Origin: a virus
Taxonomy: Duplodnaviria > Heunggongvirae > Uroviricota > Caudoviricetes
DNA: 29,972 nucleotides
Direction: 5' to 3' (one strand)
IMG/VR virus record: IMGVR_UViG_3300032038_000042
The notes below the pieces were generated by a model. The model did no database searches, was not told the origin of the DNA, and worked only from the letters and a program-made list of their open reading frames with translations. Positions within the stretch are counted from its first letter, which is position 1, and every line of letters starts with the position of its first letter. This document shows, one piece after another, positions 1 to 8,146 of this stretch. The position numbers and the translations under genes are program-made.

Positions 1-129
1 TATTATGCAGATACTGACAATGGAACATATACAATATTGTTCTACTACCAAAGACATGGTTTACTTGCAGACGTTGCAGTTCTTGAACCCGAATTAACCA
101 AGGAAGTGCAGTATAATTTAGTAGAGTAA
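1..129 (+). CDS. 3' end of a gene truncated by the window edge (hypothetical protein)
   Basis: Frame 1 is open from base 1 (YYADTDNGTYTILFYYQRHG...YNLVE) to TAA at 127-129 and is followed by a terminator. Confidence 0.7.
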   Translation, partial: YYADTDNGTYTILFYYQRHGLLADVAVLEPELTKEVQYNLVE

Positions 130-144
130 AACTTAATGCAAATT

Positions 145-176
145 AAAAAAGCTCTCGTTTTTTCGAGAGCTTTTTT
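145..176. terminator. Intrinsic terminator (possibly bidirectional)
   Basis: A6-GCTCTCG-loop-CGAGAGC-T6 hairpin directly after a stop codon. Confidence 0.85.
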
Positions 177-282
177 CTTTCAAAGAAAAGCAAAAGTTTT
201 CTCTCAAAAACACTTATTATATTTTATAAAGCGTAAAAATTAGAGTTAAAAAATTCTACTTTTTACAAGGAGATTAAAATAA

Positions 283-993
283 ATGAAAATTACAAGACCT
301 AATGTTAGGATTGCAGAAGCAAAAGTAAGGATTGCTCGTCGCAAGTTGGTAGAAGCTAAGAAGGAGCTTAAAGGACTCAACGAATCTGTATCTACATCAG
401 AACTTTTTCCAAGTGAAAAAGTTGAAAGAATTGTAAAAAAGATTTTAAAAGGTTACGCTGATTTTTTTGACGATGATTGGGATTCTGAATCGGAAATGCT
501 TGAAACCAAACCTGAGTGGGAAGATATAATTTCAGTTGATCATGATAGTCCAGATTATTATCTAACTTGTGCAATCGCAGAGAGCTTGTCTAAGAATCTT
601 AAAAAGATTCAGGACTTCAAAAAGGCTTTCAAGCAGTACGACATTAAATGTAATGCAACTGTAAAAGGCAAGAGAATTTCTGAGTCAGAAGAATTGAATC
701 CAATTGGAGGAAGTGTCTGCATGGCTGTTTATGAGCTTTTCAGCGATTACATGGAAAGTGGAATGAGTGCAGTTGATGCATTCCGTAGAGCTCTTAGAGA
801 TGCAAAGGTTGAGTTTGAGGGAGATGTAGATGCAGCGGCTTTCTTTAACCAGATTAGAGCACGCTGTAGAACAATCCGCGATTTCAATGAGCTTGCTGCT
901 CAGTACGATGTTTGCGACTGGGGTTCAGAAGAGGATCGTGCCTTATTCATGGATGATGCAGAGTATGAAGATTATCTCAACTCTAGAATTTGA
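283..993 (+). CDS. Hypothetical protein, possibly an internal head protein
   Basis: 236-aa ORF with AGGAG SD. Basic N-terminus and repeated (I/L)xE motifs (IAEA, LVEA, LNES, ISES). Confidence 0.75.
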   Translation: MKITRPNVRIAEAKVRIARRKLVEAKKELKGLNESVSTSELFPSEKVERIVKKILKGYADFFDDDWDSESEMLETKPEWEDIISVDHDSPDYYLTCAIAESLSKNLKKIQDFKKAFKQYDIKCNATVKGKRISESEELNPIGGSVCMAVYELFSDYMESGMSAVDAFRRALRDAKVEFEGDVDAAAFFNQIRARCRTIRDFNELAAQYDVCDWGSEEDRALFMDDAEYEDYLNSRI

Positions 994-1043
994 CAGAAAG
1001 TGTTAAACACGGTTTAAAAGAATTGATCTGAAAATTTCAGTTT

Positions 1044-1072
1044 AAAAAGTGCTCGTTTTTTGAGCACTTTTT
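1044..1072. terminator. Intrinsic terminator
   Basis: AAAAAGTGCTC-loop-GAGCACTTTTT hairpin with a long T tail. Confidence 0.85.
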
Positions 1073-1079
1073 CTTTTTT

Positions 1080-1334
1080 TTGAATAATTTAGAAAGTTTA
1101 CTAATTTTTGATGTGCTAGAATTCACATTTACCTGGTTGTTAGAAGATTCTTGGGATAGAAAAACAGAAAGCTATTCAGTTCGAGATATAGGATCTGGTA
1201 ACTTTCTTTTTTTACGGAAAAAAGCTATAGAACTTTTTAAAGAAAAACACGCTAAAGAGTTAAAAGATATGTACGACATTCGAATTCAACCGGTCTTCAC
1301 GGAAGAGATAATAGACATGGAGATAAGGAAATGA
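1080..1334 (+). CDS. Small hypothetical protein (start uncertain)
   Basis: ORF whose stop overlaps the next ATG (ATGA). The listed TTG start sits in the terminator tail, so the true start may be further downstream. Confidence 0.45.
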   Translation: MNNLESLLIFDVLEFTFTWLLEDSWDRKTESYSVRDIGSGNFLFLRKKAIELFKEKHAKELKDMYDIRIQPVFTEEIIDMEIRK

Positions 1335-1606
1335 CAGAAAAGTATATAGTTGTTTGTGGTGACCTTTCAAGTAGAAATAAAAGTTTAAAATATCCAACTT
1401 ATCAAGTTACAGGTGAAAAAGTAGATAGCTCTGGATGGTCTCCGAAATTAGCTATTTGCTTAAACGGTATACCGAGTGAAAAGATAGCAAAACTTTTTAC
1501 AAAAGAAGAAGCGCAAAGTATTATAAACAAAATTATTTACTCTGATAAACTTTCCGCTTTAGACTCCTTTAAGCCACGAATGCTTTTGGTAGACTTTGGC
1601 AGCTAA
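1331..1606 (+). CDS. Hypothetical protein
   Basis: 91-aa ORF with GGAG/AAGGA upstream, coupled to the previous ORF. Confidence 0.7.
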   Translation: MTEKYIVVCGDLSSRNKSLKYPTYQVTGEKVDSSGWSPKLAICLNGIPSEKIAKLFTKEEAQSIINKIIYSDKLSALDSFKPRMLLVDFGS

Positions 1607-1658
1607 ACGTTTTCTATATTTTTTCTGAAAAAATTTAAATTGGAGCTTTTTTACAAAA

Positions 1659-3398
1659 ATGCCTGGAAAAACAAATACAAATAACAATACTAAAAAGAGA
1701 TCAAGTGCTAATACTCGTACTCAGAAAAAGCCAATTTTTGCAGCTATACGTTCTGTATTTCAGCAAATGTGTAAAAAGGATGCTGTAGATGTTGCAACTA
1801 CAAAAGACCTGCAACAAGTAATGAAGTGGGGAAAAATAAGTCGAGAAGAAGCTCTTGTATTTTGTTTTTTTGCAACACAAGGTGTAAACGACTCGATGAG
1901 TTGGTGGCAATTTGAGGATATTCAAAATTATATAGATGTAGAGGTATGTGATTATGCTGAATACTTACCTGCACTTGACAACTTGATAACAAAAGGTTTT
2001 TTTGTTTTAAGATACGACATGAAGCATGTACCTGGTACAACAGATATCTTAACTTTCTTCCGACTTCCAGATGAGCTTATCAAAGCAATTTGCTACAATC
2101 AAAAGTTTACTCCGTACAAAAGAAGAGAGTCTGAAGCTGACAATAACTGTTTAGCATATTTGTATCGTGCAGCAAAAGAAGGTTTTATCGACAGACCCAA
2201 TTACTATTGGGATTTAATAAAAGCTATTTATAAAGAAGATGAAATTTTAAAAGAGTTTTTAGATCCTGCAACTACCTGGGGAGGTGATTTATCTAGAACA
2301 GAAGCTTTAATGCTTTTTACTAGAATTGGAATGACGTTAATTTCTCAGCAAGAACCAGTTACAGTAAAAGAATGCTTAGAGGACATTCGAGAAGGAGATC
2401 CCGCATTTGTTATTCGAATTTTAAAAGCATTTAAAAGCGAAACAACTCCTTTTCAACAAAAAGGTTACTTTGTAGTTGATAAAAGTAATTTTGGAGACGA
2501 TATAAAGCTTACATGGGGAGATGTAGCAAAGGATAAAATTTTCCAAGGGGATGCTCAACTCTTAATTGAGTCTACAAAAGTAAAAGAGCTTGGTGTAATT
2601 AAGAGCGATAAAATCAAAGAAAAGCATCTTTATTACAACGATGACAATCAAGCAGATATAGATCGTTTAAAAGGTTTGCTAGAGAATAAAAATTACATTG
2701 AAATGAGAAAACGCTTAGAAGAAAAGAATATGCCAAAAGGTTTAATCATTTTAATGTATGGTCCTCCTGGAACTGGTAAAACAGAGACTGCAATGCAACT
2801 TGCTCGTGAAACTGGTAGGGATCTTTTTCATGTAAATATTCAAGAGATAAGATCTTGCTGGGTTGGAGAGACAGAAAAGAATACAAAAAAGCTTTTTGAA
2901 ACTTATAAAAAGAATAAAAACGAGATTAAGCCTATTTTACTTTTTAACGAAGCTGATGGTATTGTTTCTAAACGTTCAAACTTGGATGACTCTGGAAATT
3001 CAGCTGTAAATAAAATGGAAAATAGCATGCAAAACATTATACTTGAGGAAATGGAAAACTTTGATGGTATAATGATATTAACAACAAACCTAGAAACGAA
3101 CCTCGATACAGCCTTTGACAGACGTATTCTTTTCAAAATTAAACTTGACAATCCATCTAAGGTTACAAAAGAAAAGATTTGGAAGGATAAACTCGATTTC
3201 TTAAAAGAGGAAAAAGATTTAGGTCAATTAACGGACTTTAACTTTAGTGGTGGCCAAATAGAAAATATACGTCGTAAAGTAACTTTGGATGAGCTACTTT
3301 ACGGTAAATTACCAAATATTGATACAATCGTAGATTTTTGTAAAAAAGAAAAATTAAGCGAAACTTCAAATGAACATCGCATTGGTTTCACTAGTTAA
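1659..3398 (+). CDS. Classical-clade AAA+ ATPase with a long N-terminal extension
   Basis: Walker A GPPGTGKT, pore loop WVG, variant Walker B ILLFNEAD, second region of homology TTN...LDTAFDRR, C-terminal RIGF. Confidence 0.92.
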   Translation: MPGKTNTNNNTKKRSSANTRTQKKPIFAAIRSVFQQMCKKDAVDVATTKDLQQVMKWGKISREEALVFCFFATQGVNDSMSWWQFEDIQNYIDVEVCDYAEYLPALDNLITKGFFVLRYDMKHVPGTTDILTFFRLPDELIKAICYNQKFTPYKRRESEADNNCLAYLYRAAKEGFIDRPNYYWDLIKAIYKEDEILKEFLDPATTWGGDLSRTEALMLFTRIGMTLISQQEPVTVKECLEDIREGDPAFVIRILKAFKSETTPFQQKGYFVVDKSNFGDDIKLTWGDVAKDKIFQGDAQLLIESTKVKELGVIKSDKIKEKHLYYNDDNQADIDRLKGLLENKNYIEMRKRLEEKNMPKGLIILMYGPPGTGKTETAMQLARETGRDLFHVNIQEIRSCWVGETEKNTKKLFETYKKNKNEIKPILLFNEADGIVSKRSNLDDSGNSAVNKMENSMQNIILEEMENFDGIMILTTNLETNLDTAFDRRILFKIKLDNPSKVTKEKIWKDKLDFLKEEKDLGQLTDFNFSGGQIENIRRKVTLDELLYGKLPNIDTIVDFCKKEKLSETSNEHRIGFTS

Positions 3399-3583
3399 AC
3401 TTCAACCTCTGGTTCGTGTACATTTTCTGGATATTTAACAACTCCTCCTTCTCCAGAAGTTGAAGTTGCTCCTGTATCCGACCATCTTAGCTTCGCTGCA
3501 GTTCCGTTTATTTGAACAATTGCATCGTCCGGTAAATCTTCTAAAAAGTTTTTGAGGCTTGATTTTGATGATATTGTTTCCAT
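3395..3583 (-). CDS. Small hypothetical protein
   Basis: 62-aa ORF with GGAG upstream on the minus strand, converging on the ATPase. Confidence 0.6.
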   Translation of the reverse strand: METISSKSSLKNFLEDLPDDAIVQINGTAAKLRWSDTGATSTSGEGGVVKYPENVHEPEVEV

Positions 3584-3628
3584 TTTTGTAAAAAAGTCTC
3601 CTTTAATTAACTGAAATTAGTGAAAGAA

Positions 3629-3658
3629 AATGCAGCATTTTTTAAAAAATGCTGCATT
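3629..3658. terminator. Intergenic hairpin, probable terminator for 3700..4185
   Basis: AATGCAGCATTTTT / AAAAATGCTGCATT inverted repeat with a T-rich run on the minus strand. Confidence 0.7.
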
Positions 3659-3699
3659 AGTTTGAGTAACTATTCTTTTAAAGAGTTAACAACCCTTTT

Positions 3700-4185
3700 T
3701 TAAGCGTTTGGTTTTGCTTCTACGTTAGCTTTCGCTTTAGTATCCGTATTAGTACTTTCTACAGTTTCCTTTGCTGCTTCTTTCTGCTCTGCAACAAGTT
3801 TTTCGTACTCCTCTTTTGAAATGAAAACTGGAGCAATCTTTACCTGTCCAGGAGTTCCGTTTGGTTCCTTTGGATAGTTAGCAACTATATTCTTCTTCCA
3901 CCAATCTGAAACGCAAGCAAGACAAATACAATCTGAGCTAGATATTGGATGAACTTTTCCATCTTCTTCGCTTTTCATATAAGTTGTATACTTAATGATG
4001 CGACTTGCACGTGTAATATCACCGTGAACCGGACAGAAAGATCTCAAACCTGCAAGTACCTGACCCTCTGGAGGTGTAAGTATGCTTTTTGCTTCTTCCA
4101 TCTGCTTTTTGTTTTCTTCAAGCATCTCTTTACTAATGTTAAGAACAGGAATGTCTACAGCTTCTTCTTTTTTCTCTTCTGACAT
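3700..4185 (-). CDS. Hypothetical protein with a possible zinc site
   Basis: 161 aa, AGGAG SD, CPVH and CICLAC motifs, charged termini. Confidence 0.75.
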   Translation of the reverse strand: MSEEKKEEAVDIPVLNISKEMLEENKKQMEEAKSILTPPEGQVLAGLRSFCPVHGDITRASRIIKYTTYMKSEEDGKVHPISSSDCICLACVSDWWKKNIVANYPKEPNGTPGQVKIAPVFISKEEYEKLVAEQKEAAKETVESTNTDTKAKANVEAKPNA

Positions 4186-4242
4186 ATGTTTAATATCTCC
4201 TAAAAACCTTTAGTTTTTCTGTAAGAACAATATAGAAAAGTT

Positions 4243-5532
4243 TTAAAGTGTGTATAAAGTGTTTTTCTGCAGAGTAGGCGCAAAAGGAATTTTAAAGTCG
4301 TTAGATTCTTTATCTTGCTTCAAACCATCTACCCATACAAGGTCTAGTGTAGCTCTTACAGCTTTTAATTCCATAAAAGAAACTCCTTGATCTAGACCAT
4401 ACTCAATTTCTGTAACGATATATTTACCGTTATAAGCAGAGTAAACATAAGGTGTAATAATTACAATTGTATCTCCTGCTAGAATTAAGTTTTGTAAAGG
4501 ATCAATAGTAGTTACTTTAATTTTAAAGGTAATTAAATCTTCAAACCTATCAAAATAATTTTTTAACTCGAAAGACGCGGATGCATCTGGTCTATTATAT
4601 ACAGCTAAGGCTTGAGTAGCTTCAGCAGCTAACATAAAGACTTTGTCAACCGGAAATACACTTTTACCTTTTAAAGCAGGTTCATAAGTAAAACTAGTTG
4701 TTAAAACGTTACCGTTTGAAAAGCTTGTTGAGTAAGCCCTATTTTTTAAATTTACTGTTGCAGCTCCACCGACATTTAAATCATAATCTGCAGCTTCTAG
4801 CTCTACATAATCATCTTCATCTACATAATTCTGTATTGTATTTGCTAAAAAGTCCGCAGATCCATTATCTGTAGCTAATCCAGGAAGCTTTATTAAGATT
4901 TTAGATTTATCTGTAGCTTCTGTAAGATTGTTTAAAGATGTGTAGTGGATTATTTTATCAAGTCCTGTATAAAAAAGTGGCTTACCTGCGTTAAGTGTAT
5001 ATAACTCTAGAGCTTTTTTGTAAACAAAATCTTCATCACTCTCTCCCAAAGTTCTATACAAAGTGCTTACATTATCTGTTTTTTGTATATCGAGGTTATA
5101 ATGGTTCATTACAGCGTTGCTAGCAATAACATCTTCGACAACCTCGTTACCATATTTATTTGTATAAGCTTTTCTTATTTTAGAGTTTTGAAAAAATTCA
5201 AATTCCCCTACAAGTGTAACCGTTGTTAAATTTCCTCCTTCACTGTTGCTACATTTAACTGTTTTTATAAACATATTAGACAAATCTACAGGATCAGAAA
5301 GAGAATCTTCAAAATTGTCAGCTGGTGCTCCTGTACCAGAACACCATTGTATAGGAAAGGCTGAACCTACAAAAAAGTTTAACATATCAGGCATTACATA
5401 ATCTGCAGAATATGTAAAAGAGGCTTTTGGAGTTAATTCAAAAAGACTTGAATAAACTCTATAAGATTGTATTTTAAGAGCATCGTATTGTTTTGAAAAT
5501 TTTTCGAAATTAGGAAATCGTAAGTAAATCAT
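4243..5532 (-). CDS. Probable baseplate hub / tail protein (T4 gp27 or P2 gpD-like)
   Basis: 429 aa. C-terminal GDTIVI...NGKYIVTEIEY and mid-protein GESDEDFV resemble contractile-tail hub proteins. Pattern recognition only. Confidence 0.55.
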   Translation of the reverse strand: MIYLRFPNFEKFSKQYDALKIQSYRVYSSLFELTPKASFTYSADYVMPDMLNFFVGSAFPIQWCSGTGAPADNFEDSLSDPVDLSNMFIKTVKCSNSEGGNLTTVTLVGEFEFFQNSKIRKAYTNKYGNEVVEDVIASNAVMNHYNLDIQKTDNVSTLYRTLGESDEDFVYKKALELYTLNAGKPLFYTGLDKIIHYTSLNNLTEATDKSKILIKLPGLATDNGSADFLANTIQNYVDEDDYVELEAADYDLNVGGAATVNLKNRAYSTSFSNGNVLTTSFTYEPALKGKSVFPVDKVFMLAAEATQALAVYNRPDASASFELKNYFDRFEDLITFKIKVTTIDPLQNLILAGDTIVIITPYVYSAYNGKYIVTEIEYGLDQGVSFMELKAVRATLDLVWVDGLKQDKESNDFKIPFAPTLQKNTLYTL

Positions 5533-5591
5533 ATTAACAATAGTTAGTTTCAGGCTTGTATTCTTTTCGAGAAAAAACTAAATTAAGTGTT

Positions 5592-6947
5592 ATGAGGGAA
5601 GAGCAATATAAAGCATTTTACGATAACATTTTAAGTGGAAAATCTTATATAGATAACCGTTTATCTATTCAAACTTGTTTAGCAGATTATCTATCTCAAG
5701 TCTTTTTTGGAAAAGACATGAAGAGAGTTGTTTATACAAACCCTGAGTATGCATTTCGTAAAAGAATAGAAACACTTGCAAAAGGAATTGAAGAAACCAT
5801 TTCTTTTAACAACCTTCAACTCCCGTTTTGCAATTATTGGCTTTCTAGTGCACCTAAAATTACAAAAACAGCTGCTGCATCTGAATGGTCTGGATATTAT
5901 GACGAAGAAGTAGAGCAACAGATTCACTTTTTTGGGGTTTTACAAAACGTTACTGCTCAATTTTATTTTGATAGAAGTGATGATGCGACTACAGCGTTTG
6001 ATATAGCTCAGGCAGAGTCTTTAGCTGGATATCCTGCTCGTTACATAAACGAGGTTTTTTGGAGAAATAAAACTCTTAAAATTCCTGTTTGGATAACAAT
6101 TAAAGATATTCGAGTAGGTAACGATCAGTTTGCAGAGCATGAATGGCTAGATAAAAACCATATGTTTGCTCTTAGAATTGTTTTTGAAGTAGAAACTGTA
6201 CGTGTACATGTGCATAGAGGACTTAACGCTGTTCAATTACCTTTCAAGTGGCAAGCAACAGGAAATCCAGATACTTGGGAAGATGGAGATACAGAGTATT
6301 TTACACAGAAATGTGTATTAATGTGGGCAGAAAGAGCTTGGCATTTAGATACATGTCCTCCAAAAGAACCAACTCAAGAAGCTATAGATATTGCACCGCA
6401 CTTGTTGCATCAACCTTTAAAAGAGCTTGACGAGAATACTTTAAAAGTTGTACAGTCGGTTGTACCAAACTTTAAAGTAGCGGAAATGGTTGAAGGCTAT
6501 TTTAAAGAACCTGTACGCATTCTTTTTAATAAATTACAATATAATGAGCCAAAAACTACAATCGATGAAAACGGGGAAGTTACAGCTTGGATTGATGTAA
6601 TTGTAAAACCAAGTACTTATCAATATTGGGATTATACAGATGTTTATGTTCCAAGTAGACAGGACCGTGACAAACTTGTAATTAAAAATTGTAAAGATAA
6701 ATATGTTAAAATAGATGGTTTACATCCGAATAGTACTTATACTATATATTTTATAGCTCACGATATTAATGGTAATTTTAATACAATTCCTTTAGAGCTT
6801 ACAACACCGGTTTGGCAAAAAGAAACTTTACCTGTCGTAAATTCAGAAAATCCAAAACCAGAAGAACTTGTAACGAATTTTGAAGCAAAAGAACCAGAAG
6901 CTCCTACAATTATACGTGGGAAAGGTTTAATAGGTCTTACGCTTTAA
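5592..6947 (+). CDS. Probable virion structural protein with a C-terminal fibronectin type III-like domain
   Basis: Long ORF (in-frame ATG 5592 preferred over TTG 5556). KIDGLHPNSTYTIYFIAHDING fits the FN3 LxPxTxY signature. Lies among structural genes. Confidence 0.6.
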   Translation: MREEQYKAFYDNILSGKSYIDNRLSIQTCLADYLSQVFFGKDMKRVVYTNPEYAFRKRIETLAKGIEETISFNNLQLPFCNYWLSSAPKITKTAAASEWSGYYDEEVEQQIHFFGVLQNVTAQFYFDRSDDATTAFDIAQAESLAGYPARYINEVFWRNKTLKIPVWITIKDIRVGNDQFAEHEWLDKNHMFALRIVFEVETVRVHVHRGLNAVQLPFKWQATGNPDTWEDGDTEYFTQKCVLMWAERAWHLDTCPPKEPTQEAIDIAPHLLHQPLKELDENTLKVVQSVVPNFKVAEMVEGYFKEPVRILFNKLQYNEPKTTIDENGEVTAWIDVIVKPSTYQYWDYTDVYVPSRQDRDKLVIKNCKDKYVKIDGLHPNSTYTIYFIAHDINGNFNTIPLELTTPVWQKETLPVVNSENPKPEELVTNFEAKEPEAPTIIRGKGLIGLTL

Positions 6948-7968
6948 ATTGCTTTAGATAATCTTTTCCATAGGTATCTTTGACATATTTTAGATATTTC
7001 TGTATTTTTACAGCATCTATAATTTGCACGTCATTTCTAATGGCACATTCGTACTTAGCTTTAAGGATTTCAGTAGTTTCGGTTTCTGTTTTCTGAAACG
7101 GATAGACCCAGACTCCCTCGTTATTCATCAGGTGTCCTCCTTTAATTTCATAGAGTCTTTCATCGACTTCAAAATCTGGAAAGTATCTGTGCTTTTGACC
7201 ATTTACTTCGTAGCTTAAGGCTTTAGGTTCCCTAAGAATGTGTTTTTTCATATCTTTACAGTATATCCAAAAAGCTAGTTCCCAACTACTATCAAAATAT
7301 TCAGATTCGTAACAATATCTAAAACTACTTTTACGTCTCCACTCTTGCAACTCTTTATCTGTCTTGTTTGCCCAAGTTTCTTTTACTTTCTTGTTTACAA
7401 GACTTAGTTGAGAAGGATTTGAAATATCCTCTCCGTAGATTTTACTACAAGTGTTTGCTCTTTTGGATACAATTTCTTTCAATTGTTCTTTACTTTTCTT
7501 TCTCCAAGTGCTCCGTACTTTATCCACGTGGTCTGCAATAAAATCTGGATTTTCAACACCGTATCTCCCTTTTAGTGTAGCTTTAGCTTTTTCTTTTACC
7601 TTAGAGTTTGTTAAAGGAGCTTTTCCTCCGTATACTCTTTCACAGGTTTCTTCCGTTCTTTTACGAATATCAGCTTTCTTTTCAGTAGAAAAGTTCCTGT
7701 GCGTACTGCTTATTTTTCTTCTAACAGAGTCTAATTTTGATGGATTGTCAACACCGTACTTATCAATAAAACCTTGTTTAAGACTACATGCTCTACACAA
7801 ACAACTGTACTTTGCAGCAGCTACATTTCCTAATTTTCTAATAGATTTGGATTTGCACTTTGTGCATGTAAAAATTATCGGTTGCAAATTACTATAAATT
7901 TCCAGCAAAGCTTTTGCTTGCTCAGGTTTTTCTAAAGAGATTGGTTGTTCACTAAATATCTTAGACAT
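6937..7968 (-). CDS. Free-standing homing-endonuclease-like protein, PD-(D/E)xK (TnsA-like) nuclease
   Basis: Two CxxC pairs, four YG-x-x-(N)P repeats (KYGVDNPS, VYGGKAP, RYGVENP, IYGEDISNPS) and C-terminal FDSSWE...YFPDF...YEIKG. Confidence 0.75.
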   Translation of the reverse strand: MSKIFSEQPISLEKPEQAKALLEIYSNLQPIIFTCTKCKSKSIRKLGNVAAAKYSCLCRACSLKQGFIDKYGVDNPSKLDSVRRKISSTHRNFSTEKKADIRKRTEETCERVYGGKAPLTNSKVKEKAKATLKGRYGVENPDFIADHVDKVRSTWRKKSKEQLKEIVSKRANTCSKIYGEDISNPSQLSLVNKKVKETWANKTDKELQEWRRKSSFRYCYESEYFDSSWELAFWIYCKDMKKHILREPKALSYEVNGQKHRYFPDFEVDERLYEIKGGHLMNNEGVWVYPFQKTETETTEILKAKYECAIRNDVQIIDAVKIQKYLKYVKDTYGKDYLKQFKA

Positions 7969-8100
7969 TTCAGTTACCTCACATAATTGATTTGTTTAGA
8001 GACGTGAAGAAGTTGGCGCTTTTCCACGTTTCGCTTTATTCAGTGAGAGACTTTTTTTATACCAAAAACCTAAATGATGTTTTTACAGAAAAAAGAAAAA

Positions 8101-8121
8101 TGGGCCTGAATTTCAGGCCCA
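8101..8121. terminator. Intrinsic terminator downstream of 8147..11065
   Basis: TGGGCCTGAA-T-TTCAGGCCCA hairpin flanked by A and T runs. Confidence 0.8.
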
Positions 8122-8146
8122 ATTTTTTTAAATTTTTAACAATTTT

